DNA of 63,957 nt, counting the filler, from Octopus bimaculoides (Eukaryota): NCBI RefSeq assembly GCF_001194135.2. It is 5 parts of 5 records of this genome, joined end to end, with 100 filler letters (N's around TTAATTAATTAA, not from the genome) between each part and the next. Parts side by side here need not be neighbours in the genome. Positions count along the whole stretch, not along the records: positions 1 to 3,409 come from NC_069001.1; positions 3,510 to 32,475 come from NC_068983.1; 3 more parts are not named here. One strand, written 5' to 3'. Shown here piece by piece: positions 1 through 13,943 of the stretch. Numbering within the stretch: position 1 is the stretch's first letter; every line of letters begins with the position of its first letter. Position numbers and translations under genes: made by a program. Under the pieces are notes generated by a model, which ran no database searches, was not told the origin of the DNA, and worked only from the letters and a program-made list of their open reading frames with translations.

Positions 1-45
<45 letters not shown>

Positions 46-1616
46 AGAACATATATCTATATAGATATATATCTATACGTATGTGTGTATGAATACACAT
101 ACATATATGTATGTATATACATGTGTTTGTATGTGTTTGCATGTATGTTTATGTACGCATACGTCTGCATGTCTCTGTGCGTATGCATGATTCTGGATCT
201 ATGTGTGAGTGTTGTGAATCAAGTCAGCTGTAAAGTAAATGAGATCTCAACTCTAAGGCATGCAGATATATTTTCAATTTATTATTTATTTTTTCTTCTC
301 CCCTTAATAAAATTGAATTTCACGTCTTTCCCTGAGCGAAGGCGTTTTTCGATAATTCATTCTCTCTCACTATTAAACTATTTTCTATCGTGAAAACTAT
401 ATATATATATGTATATATGTGAGTAAAAATAAATACAAAAAAAGGGGTTTTGTATGATCGTGTATAGAGGAATATATTATTTTGTTTAAAAGAGTTCCAA
501 ATCTGTCTGTTTTTTATGTTTTATTTATATTGTTGTAAAATTAATGTGGGATATAGAATATGGAATATACAATATATAATATAAAAATGGATCGTACAAT
601 GAAATGAAGTATTGAATGTCTTATTGAATATATGAAATATTGAGTGTTCAAATTAAAGGATTAAATATATAAAGGCGAATATGTATTTTCTATACCTTGT
701 GGTATTTCATCATGGTCGGTATGACAGACTTTAACAGACTGTAATAGATGCCAAATTTATTTTTAGAAATGATGACATTTGAGAGAATTTTGTGTTTTAG
801 TTATAGGGATAAGATTTTTAAGCTCCAAGTAAGATAAATTTAATCATTGTTTGTTAAGAGTGGGTTTGAATTTCTTAATAAAGTCCTTTTCTTTGCATTT
901 TCTTTCAATTTCATTCCGGTTGTGTATATATATATATATATAAATATATATATGGAAGAGGAGCACAGTTCCGTATCTAGTACGTTCGCTTTGTTCTTGG
1001 GATATTCGTTTTGAGGAAAGTTAAAATAAAACAAGCCAACTTATTTACGACAGACTTTTGCTGGATTAAATCAGATAAAAGAACCCTTTTTTTCAGAATT
1101 ATATGCCAAATACAAATGTATGCTTTACATTTCATTTGCAAATATATATTTTGTCTATTGTAATAGCATAAATTTCCACACCATAAATTTAAATGTACAT
1201 CATGCCTCAGGGAACGATTGTTATACCACAGTTTGACAATTCATAGCTATAACTATCACTTTATATCAGGTCGTATTGTTCAATTTTCTGATATTTTTTG
1301 AAATGATCAAAAGGTCTTTGTAGTAAATAATTTCTATAATCATTATGTATTAGTTCCTTGTCCAGAGAACATCAAAATCCAGTTATCTAGATCATTCTCA
1401 CACTTGTGTCTATTTGAGAACTCGTTCTCAATGCTACGCTAATCCTATCACAGACAAAATTTATTGTCGCGCGCTGATGTGGCGGTCTTACATCTACTGC
1501 CAGTCCATTTCGTTGTATTTGATTTGATTTTGCTCGGCTTTATGATGAAACCAGTTTGAAAAAAAAATCTTTGAAGACATCTGAGTGTGTATGTGTGTGT
1601 TTGTGCGTGTTTGTGT

Positions 1617-1910
1617 GATGACACGTGGTTTAGTGGCTTGAGTATTCGGCTCGCTATCGTAGAATCATGATTTCGATTCCCGGCGTTGAGTTGCGAGCAT
1701 AACACCTTTATTTCACGCTGCTCCAGTCCACTCAGCTGGAGAGAGGGTACTCCCAGGACATCAAGGGTCCATCTTTGTTAGACTCAGTATCACACTGAAT
1801 TTCCCCGTAAAGTATGTGAAAGAGTACGCGTGTCTGTGAAATGTTCAGCTACTTACACGTTAATCTCACGAGCAAGCTGTTCCGTTGATCGGATCATCTG
1901 GGTCCCACCT
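1617..1910 (+). mobile_element. tRNA-derived SINE (family A), diverged copy
   Basis: Box A/B-like head (GTGGTTTAGTGG...TTCGATTCC at 1672-1680). The 3' part (CACGTTAATCTCACGAGCAAGCTGTTCCGTTGATCGGATCA) matches the SINE copies at 50701-50972 and 59386-59779. Confidence 0.8.
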
Positions 1911-3080
1911 CGCCGAAAGCCACTTTACATGCATATATATATATGAGTGTGTGGTGGTAGTGTGCGTGAGTGTGTGTGTGTGTGTGCATGCGTGCGTGCG
2001 TGCGTTTGTTTGTATACAGGTACGCATGTGCGTATGCATATGTAGATGGATGTATAGATAGACAAATATAAATAGTAGACAGAAAAGTACGCCAAATCTA
2101 GAAATCTATGTGTAGTTTTAAAAATTGATTTTTGTCCCTTAATGGCGTCTCATTAGAGGTGTCTACATTTCTTGATCACTAGTTCCGAAATAAGAAGCTG
2201 GGTTGTTTATATAATCATAAACATCAGGTATCGTGAGTAAAGAGAAACACTAACTGACACTCTACTCTGAGTTTCTATCATTTATTTACTATCAGGAATC
2301 CATCAGCGTGGAACTCTTTTCCTTATTACAAATGTATACTGTAACACATTTAAACGCACATATTAACGATACAGAGGTATCAAATTAGCCTATAATATAC
2401 CTATACATCTATATGGATAGGTGCTCTATACATATTCTAATGGGCACATTATTATACACATTCATTTGGGCACATTCATATGTCCATTCATATGGGCACA
2501 AAACAAAAATTAAAATAAACGTGGGTAAAAGGATGTAAATGAAATAGTCAATATCATGAGTTTGGTAATTGAGAATTCATTAATTACATACCCGAGAATT
2601 TTTTCTAGTCTAATTAATCTAAATGAATCGCTTGTTTGATGAGAGAAGGCAAACAGCTAATGGCAATTTTTAACGACTCTTAAAATAAATTAGAATCACT
2701 TTCGTGGAATTAATAATTAATTATACGGAGTTAATTGACATGCCTCGTCAGTGGGAAGTCTGATCTTTGTTTGCATGCAAGAGAAGTAAATGTGTACATG
2801 TCTGTTCCCATTTGATCTCATCAGCAATGTGTAGAGTAAGCTTGCATGCTACTCGGTTGGCAATAAGAAGAGTAGCTATCCTTTCTCATTATAGATAACT
2901 GTGATGCCTGGCGCAAACAATAAAGTATGTTCCGAAAAAACATTATATAATAATAATAATAATAATAATAAAAATAGTAACAATAATACTTGCAATTGTC
3001 CCCGTAGTTGAATGAGAAAATTCTTCTTCTTATATACATATATATGTGTATGAGTGTGTTTATATACATACATATATGAT

Positions 3081-3157
3081 ATATGGTCGACTGGGTCTAA
3101 AAATATTGGTTGCCAGGAGACTAAGGGGACCTACTCGCAGCTCCGATGCTATGATTT

Positions 3158-3190
<33 letters not shown>

Positions 3191-3388
3191 TTAAAAGTAT
3201 TATTTTCAACTGACTACAAACGCAGTCAGGCTGAAATAATTAATGCATTCTTCCAGGAGTGAATGGAAAATTTACAAACTTGAGGGGATGAGCCCCTTAG
3301 GTACTAACATGGTCCCCATATATGGATTCTAATGGCGCAGGGCCCACTTTCCATCGAGCAAGCTGGCAGTCTGGCCAGTCGGCCACTG
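3081..3388. mobile_element. Putative hAT-like MITE
   Basis: Imperfect terminal inverted repeats TGGTCGACTGG (3084) / CCAGTCGGCCACTG (3388). No convincing 8-bp TSD seen. Confidence 0.4.
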
Positions 3389-3608
3389 CGTATAACTATG
3401 TGTGTGTGTNNNNNNNNNNNNNNNNNNNNNNNNNNNNNNNNNNNNNNNNNNNNTTAATTAATTAANNNNNNNNNNNNNNNNNNNNNNNNNNNNNNNNNNN
3501 NNNNNNNNNATATATATGTGTATATATGTATGTATACATATGCATGTGTATATGTATGTGTATACGTATGTATATACATATATATATATATATATGTGTG
3601 TGTGTGTA

Positions 3609-3688
<80 letters not shown>

Positions 3689-4811
3689 TCTGTCTCTGTC
3701 TGTACATAAGTATATATATAGCATTAAGCATTATAAGGAGTAGTTTTAGAGAACGTTATCATTCGTTGGAAAGGGCAACCTTTGAATAATCTTCCAAGTA
3801 TTATAGCAATCTGTTAAAAAAATGTAACAGGCGCATTTTTAAGCTCTAATTAGTGGCAGCAGTTCTATACGCAAAGAAATTACTTTACATGAATTATTTC
3901 TACCATCAGGGCCAGTGACACATCAGGTTTTCCTGAACATAATTAGTTCTACTGCAGAAGACATTCCCAGTTCGTTATAAACAATAAAATATTCATTGGT
4001 TCATGTCAAGTTTACATATTGTATACTAAATGCATCGGGAGTATAATGTTAAACACAATGTTATGAGGAAATGGATGCACACACAAGTGAATTGTACTAC
4101 TTGAACATGATACAAAATGACTAATGTACGTCATCAGACCCGGATACATGTAGGACTTTGATACACACATGAATATGCGTGTTGATATATATATATATAT
4201 ATATANNNNNNNNNNNNNNNNNNNNNNATATACATACATATCGTTGCTATTATGCAAAAATGCCTTAAGTTCTAAATGTTGCTTTTTCACAAAACGAAAA
4301 CATAGATTCACCATTCGATTTCCTTTTACATTGGCAAGTTTCAGCTTAACAATTATACGTTTTTGGGTGCACAAAATTGTAACCCCATGCATGTATGATA
4401 TTTCGAGTCAGAATTAGTTTTGCAAACCTGTCACATGTGTTACTTACTACACATTTGGAAAATGTTAAATCGTTGTACTACAATTTGACAATTTTCATAT
4501 CTTGGCCTCTGAAGCAGCTAGAGATACGATAGATCGACCAAAAGAACCAGCCATTGCAAGCAAAATTACATATTGGAAAATCGCGTTTGGCCAAGTTTGG
4601 TCCTACGACGGTTTAACATAAAAACAACTATAGATATATATACTATATATATATATCTGAAAAAAAAAAGCGAATGTGGCTAGACGCAGAGAGGGTGCAA
4701 GGTAGCACCTATATTGCTTCAAATAAGAACCTTATCGCCACAAGACGCACACTGACTATGTACTGACAGGGGAGATAACCACCCCACAGTGTCATATATA
4801 TATATATATAT

Positions 4812-5135
4812 AAAACCATCATCTGGTTAATTGCCTTATAATGTGCATTGCAAAACTCCTCTACAGTTATTGGCTAACGCGCTATCATACAGTTTGAATA
4901 CTTTCACTGCATATGCTTGTGGAAATCTGTTGGTGTATGCAGGACTCATGTCAAAAACAAAATCATATGACATGGAATAAATAGTCTTTAATCCAATTCA
5001 CAACAATTGTTTCTGTTATTTAACATACATATTCTACAATTTGTTATATAAATAATATAGAGATAAGTTCCAGCAATATTTGTGTACTTGCACATCATCA
5101 GGCGACTGAAGTTGAGAGTACCACTGCATCACTTA
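4812..5135 (-). mobile_element. Element embedded in (TA)n, possibly a Penelope-like pseudo-LTR remnant with a decayed hammerhead motif
   Basis: Flanked by (TA)n on both sides. Minus strand reads CTGATGA-T-GTG-caagta-CAC-AAA-TATT at 5065-5113. Confidence 0.35.
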
Positions 5136-5143
5136 GTCTTCCT

Positions 5144-5177
<34 letters not shown>

Positions 5178-5188
5178 TACTTTTAGTA

Positions 5189-5399
5189 CAATAATCCCTC
5201 GACTATCGCGGGTGTAACGTTCCAAAAGCCCTCGCGACGGGTGAAAATCCGCGAAGTAGAAACAGTACTGCACTGTATTTTTTTTACTATCTTAATATTT
5301 TTTTATATATATATTTATTTTATTATACATGCGAAACAACACAACGGAGGAATCGACGTTAGCTTAGATAATAATTCCCGATATGGCGAGGGATTACTG
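5189..5399. mobile_element. Tc1/mariner-superfamily (pogo/Tigger-like) MITE, 211 bp
   Basis: TIRs CAATAATCCCTCG / CGAGGGATTACTG, with TA at 5187-5188 and 5400-5401. Confidence 0.8.
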
Positions 5400-5554
5400 T
5401 ATTCCCATAATAAATTCCTATTATAAATAGAGCATATGAGGTTTTCTGGATTTCTTGGGTCACATATGAGAATTAAATATAAGAATTAAATAGTCACTGA
5501 CTATAAGAATTGATTTATTATGCAAAATTCTTGATGCATAAAAATATACAAAAT

Positions 5555-5598
<44 letters not shown>

Positions 5599-7541
5599 AC
5601 CTTGTTCATTATTGTTTCTTATTATTATTTGTGTTATGATTCAAGCTACTGCTATCTAGCACCTTCGGATGATCTGTACTCAACCGCTACACAACTGCTA
5701 CTCGACTGCTACTCAACACACCTACCACGGCCAGACTACCTCTATTTATATGCCTTGGGCGCTCCTACTTCTTCGCCTGGGTGCGTCGACACAACAATTC
5801 GTCTTATAACAAAAAATACATGACAATTCTTGAGCTAAAGAGCAACATTTTTAATACAGTGAATACTAAGCAAAGTCTAAAATGCTAGACATTTTTACAA
5901 TGTCCATATATTGTAGGTTTGGCGTAGTAGCCTGATTAGTTTACAGAACCTTATATTAATTGGAAAATAGTTGTTATTTCCCTTCTGCTCAATCCAGCTA
6001 TGTTTATTATGGGCTTACCAAAGAGATTCAGTACACACACACAAAGATACATCTATACACAACCTCGTATGTATATCTATTTTTGCGTATATTTAAGTAT
6101 CTGTAGGATAATGAGTTTATATAATTGCGTATATTCACTGTTATCGAATGCTTCTTTTATTGTATATTTACCGATTCCCAACAACATAATTATAGTATTA
6201 TTTCAGTTTAATAGGTTGTTATATGATGATAATTATCTATTTATACACGCCACACACATACGATTACATATATATATGTATATATCTATATATATATATA
6301 TATATAAATTCATGCTACATTTATACGTGTATGTATGTAGCTATCTATATATTTATGTATGTCGTGTGTTTCTCAGTTTGTGTATGCATGTATTTATATT
6401 TCTGTATGTATATATTCACTTAGTTTATGTTTTAATTGTAATTGGACTGCAACATCAACGATATAATTGAAGATAGATTTGATTCTCGTCAGCGAACCCT
6501 TTCATTATTTGTTGCTGATTGCCAGACTCTCGGGAATAATTGTTACAAGCCTTTCAATAGAAGTAATAAAAATAGAGAGGTCAGAAGGAAAAGATGAAAA
6601 GAAATATTAATACATCGTTATTATAGATGTACTTTTAATGTAAGACGTGAGCCTTACCTAGTCGTTCAGTGTGCTAGAAACAACAAACTGATATTAATAA
6701 AATCATACGCTATTGTCTTATATGAAATTAAACCTATTTCTATTGAAAATAATATGACTTTAACGATACTGATGTAACCAATTTTGAAATTTTTTGAAAA
6801 TAATTCCTTGCAACTTATTTTGTAATGATAACAAAGTAGAGAAAAGTTGTAAAACAAACTTAGTTATTTTCTTAAAGAACATAGTTTGCACTTTTTAGTC
6901 CAGAATTCGATTTTCCTGGTTTGAAAATATACTTATATTATCTATACATTTTGATTAAACATAAACGGAATATAGTTACATTCTAAGAGTATGGTAAGAA
7001 TTCTTTTGATTAAGTTCCTTTGCAATTTCAGATATCCAGAAGTCCTAAATTCTTATGGGTCCTCAATTTTTATGTGAAATACAAGAACTGAGTTTTATTG
7101 CAACCGATGTGATACAGTATCTCAGAAGTATTTGCTCAAGGCAACAGGATTTTTGTGACGCTCTTCATATATTCCTAAAATCCTTTTCGCTTCGTCAATA
7201 AAATGACAAATGCACTAGTGTGAAATATTGTTTTTTGCACAACAGACGAAAGATATATGCGAAAAATATGGAAGACAGGAAGAAATGATTTAGTCTACTT
7301 GCAACATTCACGAAGGACCGGTAAATAGTTTGGGGCTATTATAAATCTTCTTACATGATTATAAACCGAGGGAAAATGGGTGGTCTTCATGGAAGGGTAT
7401 AACGAGTTTATTCAGCCACAGTTATCAAGCCTAATGGTTGAATAGGCTGTGAGTGAAAATTCAAAGACCCATTCAACACTCATACTTCTTAATACAAGCA
7501 GACACACAGATACACGCAAAGATTTATGCAAATATAAGTAG

Positions 7542-7633
<92 letters not shown>

Positions 7634-8247
7634 ATATATGTATGTATGGTGATGCAAACCGGAAACGTAAACCTCAGACTGTGAGTATATGTATATTTTT
7701 ATTAATATTTAGCAGAATCTACAGAGTGGCTCAAGGTCCGCAATTTCATGTGTTATGCATGTGTGTGTGTGTGTGTCTGTGTCTGTATACATGCGTAGAT
7801 AGAGAGGTTGAGAGAGAGAGAGAGAGAGAGAAAGAAAGAGAGAGAGAGAGAGTAGGGTGTGATATTGCAAGAAGGGTCTACATATTAAAGATGAGGACAA
7901 AGATACAACTATCAATGAATAAATGTATAAGGCAATTTCTTACAACCATTTGGACCGTAAAAAGCATAAAACTTATTAAAAGTGATAGAATCATATAACG
8001 AATAAAGAAAGAAAGACTAAAATGAGGTTTAACGTATCTGCATGTGTGCGTCTGTGTTTGCTTGACTGTTTGTCTGTCGGTATGCATGTGTGTGTTTTTT
8101 GTGTGTATTTATGTATGTGTGCGAGCGTGCGCTTGCGTGATGAGAAACGGGATCAAAAATTAATTATATCATAAATGTTAACAATTAGGGGTATGATAGA
8201 ATACATGCGATATATTTTGAATCATTCTGTATTTACGGAGGACGTAT

Positions 8248-8291
<44 letters not shown>

Positions 8292-8615
8292 NNNNNNNNN
8301 NNNNNNNNNNNNNNNNNNNNNNNNNNNNNNNNNNNNNNNNNNNNNNNNNNNNNNNNNNNNNNNNNNNNNNNNNNNNNNNNNNNNNNNNNNNNNNNNNNNN
8401 NNNNNNNNNNNNNNNNNNNNNNNNNNNNNNNNNNNNNNNNNNNNNNNNNNNNNNNNNNNNNNNNNNNNNNNNNNNNNNNNNNNNNNNNNNNNNNNNNNNN
8501 NNNNNNNNNNNNNNNNNNNNNNNNNNNNNNNNNNNNNNNNNNNNNNNNNNNNNNNNNNNNNNNNNNNNNNNNNNNNNNNNNNNNNNNNNNNNNNNNNNNN
8601 NNNNTGTGTGTGTGT

Positions 8616-8661
<46 letters not shown>

Positions 8662-9087
8662 ATGTGTGTGTGTGTATGCGCGGAAAAGTGTATAGCAAAT
8701 ATCGAGCTAACAGATGAATACAGTCGGGAGCGTGGAAAGAAATTGAAATGCACTCTCACATTCTGAAAATACATATAAATGTCTATACACATAATTCTGC
8801 ATGCGGGGCATGTGAATATATAATTGTGTTTGATTGCGCGATTGCGTATGTGAATACGCACGCGCTCGTGAACATGCTTATGCATCTGGAAAATCTATAA
8901 TAAGTATCACAGCTTGCAATATGTTCTTTTTATTTGTTTGTTTTCTTGACACATCAGCAACATGATAATCATCAGAATTTTTCCCTGAAACCAACTACAA
9001 TTACAGCAAAACGCTTACACCAGCTTAGAATACAACCATGACCACCAACAAAAGTTCCATCATCGCTGTCTTCGTAGTCGTCATTTT

Positions 9088-9220
<133 letters not shown>

Positions 9221-11068
9221 ACTATAATGTAAGCATTATTGTTTCCTCAGCTTCAATCCTCATTATCGTCTGATTCATCAATATTACCGGCAGTAGTAAA
9301 GCCATTAATATAAGGATCAGTATCTCAATTATGAGATTACAAAAATATTCTACTGATATACATTCACACACACACACACACATACATACATACACACATA
9401 CATATATATATATANNNNNNNNNNNNNNNNNNNNNNNNNNNNNNNNNNNNNNNNNNNNNNNNNNNNNNNNNNNNNNNNNNNNNNNNNNNNNNNNNNNNNN
9501 NNNNNNNNNNNNNNNNNNNNNNNNNNNNNNNNNNNNNNNNNNNNNNNNNNNNNNNNNNNNNNNNNNNNNNNNNNNNNNNNNNNNNNNNNNNNNNNNNNNN
9601 NNNNNNNNNNNNNNNNNNNNNNNNNNNNNNNNNNNNNNNNNNNNNNNNNNNNNNNNNNNNNNNNNNNCACACATATACACACAGAGACATATATATATAT
9701 ATATATATAGTCTGATAAATATGGGGATGCATCTGTAAATGAAAAATTAAGTGTGTGTGCGTGTATGTGAAAGAGAGGGAGAGGGAGAGAGTGACAGAAA
9801 GTGAGCAGGAGAGAGTGTGGGGAAAAGCAGAGAAAACTATAGAGTAATGAAGACTAGATTTTTTTTTTTAATTCAAGATATTCCAAACACTTTTCATACA
9901 TACCTCCACACACACTTACACACACACAGAGACACACACAGACATATATATACATGAATATCACACATACACACTCATGTATATGTATGTGTGTGTGTGT
10001 GTGTGCATATATGTGCTTATAAGCATTTAAGTTTGTCTATATATGAATGCATGGATACATGTATGCGTATCTGAATGTATGTATTTTTTTTTTTATCCAA
10101 TCTTGAAATTGCAATAGAATAGAGAATGCAATAACTTTTTCTTTGCTTTGTATTTGCTTGTTTCAAATTAGAAGCAAATCGTTGAGTGGATATCATGCAG
10201 AGTTGATGTGGAAAAAGTAGTACATTTTTAACGCTTCTAGCCGATGTAATCTTAATATGCAATCACATTCCTAACGGCAATTAGCGATTGCTATAGACAG
10301 ATATCAAAACATATTATCTCACTCATACTTTTCGTTTCATCTTTTATAGTTTAATTTGATTATTCCTGCAGACTCTCCTCTCCAATACGTCCTCTGTCTA
10401 ATAAAAGATAAATCGTTGAAAGTAAAACAAAGACAAAGAAAAAAACAATCCTGATACTGTTATTCGCCTATGAAGCTGGATTTTTAATATTATTTTCTTC
10501 GCTTTGTTCTCTTCCATGGTTTTTTTTTTGGGGGGGGGGCTATCTCCTTGTTTATTAATCGACATCTAATGAGTACTGTCATGCACCGCTCAGTTTCAGG
10601 AAGGAAACGATTGTTATAAAATTATGATTTTTCAATACAATAATAATTTTTAAAATTTTATCTTACGTTTGCTTCAGTGAATGTTTCACAGGAGTGGTGC
10701 AGATTACAGTGAATGTATAATATAATTGTCTGCACTTAGAAATATATTATTTATTGTCTAAATAAAATTTAAATAAATAAAAGAGTGTGTTTTTTATCCT
10801 AAATGTTATATCCTATTGTGAAACCTATTAATATATTTGCTTGGTGTTCGGTATGTAAGTGTGTATACGTTCTTAGATACATACTCATGCATATGTGTGT
10901 GTGTTCGTATTTGTACATGTGTGTGTGTGCGTACGTTTGTACATATAAATTTACATGTATGTAGTAATATATAATTTATGAAGATATACATATGTATGTA
11001 TATATGCATGCATATATATATATGTAAGTATGCATTTATGTATCTATCTATATATCTATCCATCTATC

Positions 11069-11120
<52 letters not shown>

Positions 11121-11980
11121 NNNNNNNNNNNNNNNNNNNNNNNNNNNNNNNNNNNNNNNNNNNNNNNNNNNNNNNNNNNNNNNNNNNNNNNNNNNNNNNN
11201 NNNNNNNNNNNNNNNNNNNNNNNNNNNNNNNNNNNNNNNNNNNNNNNNNNNNNNNNNNNNNNNNNNNNNNNNNNNNNNNNNNNNNNNNNNNNNNNNNNNN
11301 NNNNNNNNNNNNNNNNNNNNNNNNNNNNNNNNNNNNNNNNNNNNNNNNNNNNNNNNNNNNNNNNNNNNNNNNNNNNNNNNNNNNNNNNNNNNNNNNNNNN
11401 NNNNNNNNNNNNNNNNNNNNNNNNNNNNNNNNNNNNNNNNNNNNNNNNNNNNNNNNNNNNNNNNNNNNNNNNNNNNNNNNNNNNNNNNNNNNNNNNNNNN
11501 NNNNNNNNNNNNNNNNNNNNNNNNNNNNNNNNNNNNNNNNNNNNNNNNNNNNNNNNNNNNNNNNNNNNNNNNNNNNNNNNNNNNNNNNNNNNNNNNNNNN
11601 NNNNNNNNNNNNNNNNNNNNNNNNNNNNNNNNNNNNNNNNNNNNNNNNNNNNNNNNNNNNNNNNNNNNNNNNNNNNNNNNNNNNNNNNNNNNNNNNNNNN
11701 NNNNNNNNNNNNNNNNNNNNNNNNNNNNNNNNNNNNNNNNNNNNNNNNNNNNNNNNNNNNNNNNNNNNNNNNNNNNNNNNNNNNNNNNNNNNNNNNNNNN
11801 NNNNNNNNNNNNNNNNNNNNNNNNNNNNNNNNNNNNNNNNNNNNNNNNNNNNNNNNNNNNNNNNNNNNNNNNNNNNNNNNNNNNNNNNNNNNNNTATATA
11901 TATAGAGAGAGAGAGAGAGAGAGATAGATAGATAGATAGATACATACATACATACATTCATACATACATACATACATACA

Positions 11981-12012
<32 letters not shown>

Positions 12013-12829
12013 CACAAACTTTTTGTAGGAATATAGTGACAATGAGTTTTGGAAATTCGTCTTGCTAGACTATAGTTAACTGTGCTTTATTTGAAAAATT
12101 TTAAGCATCATATAATCCTTGGGAAATTGATTTTTCGGTAGATTGTGCAATGTGATCGTTAGATGGGGTGCAGGCAGTAGTAAATTTGTAATCTTATATG
12201 TCAAATTCTGTGTCACGGAATTCATTGTATAGAACAGTGATTTTTGTTGTATCTTGGAGATCTCAGCAGATGTCTTGGACAAACCAGTTACTCGCACAGC
12301 TTCGGTCACACAAAACACCAACACTAGTTCCATACAGTGTGATGACGTCTGTTACATTACAAATTCATTTGTCTGAAAAATTCTTTTGTGAACCCTAACA
12401 GCAAGGAAATTAATCATTTTTACACATCTGCAATAGCGCATGACTAGATCCAGAAACTATACCAAAATTCCCACAGTTAGTCAAAATTATCTCAACACAA
12501 TGTTCTATCAACACACAACGAAAAAACGCAGATACTTTCCCGGTATCCTGTTTAATTTCCCTTCCGTGACTACATTCCAGGAATACCTCAGGGAATGAAA
12601 TTTTTCTTAACAAAAACTATCCCCGAAATCATAACCTAACAACGGCTTTATAAGGCTGAAATGATCTCATATAATGTATAGATTCGCGGAGATATTCATG
12701 GCAAATTTTCTAAATGCTATCAAACATTTTCTTGTAAAAATTTAACAAATATCTATACGATCGAAAACTATTAAGTATATATTCCTTTTAATGTCTACTT
12801 TTTTATTCTTAGCTTGACATAAAAGCATT

Positions 12830-12870
<41 letters not shown>

Positions 12871-13902
12871 NNNNNNNNNNNNNNNNNNNNNNNNNNNNNN
12901 NNNNNNNNNNNNNNNNNNNNNNNNNNNNNNNNNNNNNNNNNNNNNNNNNNNNNNNNNNNNNNNNNNNNNNNNNNNNNNNNNNNNNNNNNNNNNNNNNNNN
13001 NNNNNNNNNNNNNNNNNNNNNNNNNNNNNNNNNNNNNNNNNNNNNNNNNNNNNNNNNNNNNNNNNNNNNNNNNNNNNNNNNNNNNNNNNNNNNNNNNNNN
13101 NNNNNNNNNNNNNNNNNNNNNNNNNNNNNNNNNNNNNNNNNNNNNNNNNNNNNNNNNNNNNNNNNNNNNNNNNNNNNNNNNNNNNNNNNNNNNNNNNNNN
13201 NNNNNNNNNNNNNNNNNNNNNNNNNNNNNNNNNNNNNNNNNNNNNNNNNNNNNNNNNNNNNNNNNNNNNNNNNNNNNNNNNNNNNNNNNNNNNNNNNNNN
13301 NNNNNNNNNNNNNNNNNNNNNNNNNNNNNNNNNNNNNNNNNNNNNNNNNNNNNNNNNNNNNNNNNNNNNNNNNNNNNNNNNNNNNNNNNNNNNNNNNNNN
13401 NNNNNNNNNNNNNNNNNNNNNNNNNNNNNNNNNNNNNNNNNNNNNNNNNNNNNNNNNNNNNNNNNNNNNNNNNNNNNNNNNNNNNNNNNNNNNNNNNNNN
13501 NNNNNNNNNNNNNNNNNNNNNNNNNNNNNNNNNNNNNNNNNNNNNNNNNNNNNNNNNNNNNNNNNNNNNNNNNNNNNNNATATATATATATATATATATA
13601 TACTGCCTACTCCTTTATATACATATGAGTGTGTGCGTGTTCATGTGTGTATATATCTACACACAATGATCAAATAATTATTTAACTTACTCTCCAATCC
13701 GATTCACACATTTAGCTGCAGTGGCCGTTCTCTTATTCTAAGCCCCGTAAAAGAACTCGGAAGTTTAGCCCTCCAACGTGGTCTTCCGTGACACCCTTAG
13801 TGTCAGGAACTTTTCAGCACCCTCTCGTATATACAAATATATAGATTTACATACGCTTATATATTTTATATTTATATGCAAAAACTACTCACACACACAA
13901 AC

Positions 13903-13943
<41 letters not shown>

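Noticed and set aside
3454-3465. TTAATTAATTAA islands inside N-runs (also 32520-32531, 50645-50656, 62628-62639)
   Set aside because: An identical 12-mer centred in gaps four times is a scaffolding spacer, not biology.
12041-12620. GC-richer unique segment with several 65-85 aa ORFs
   Set aside because: Stops in all frames, no recognisable motif, no coherent splice-site pair.
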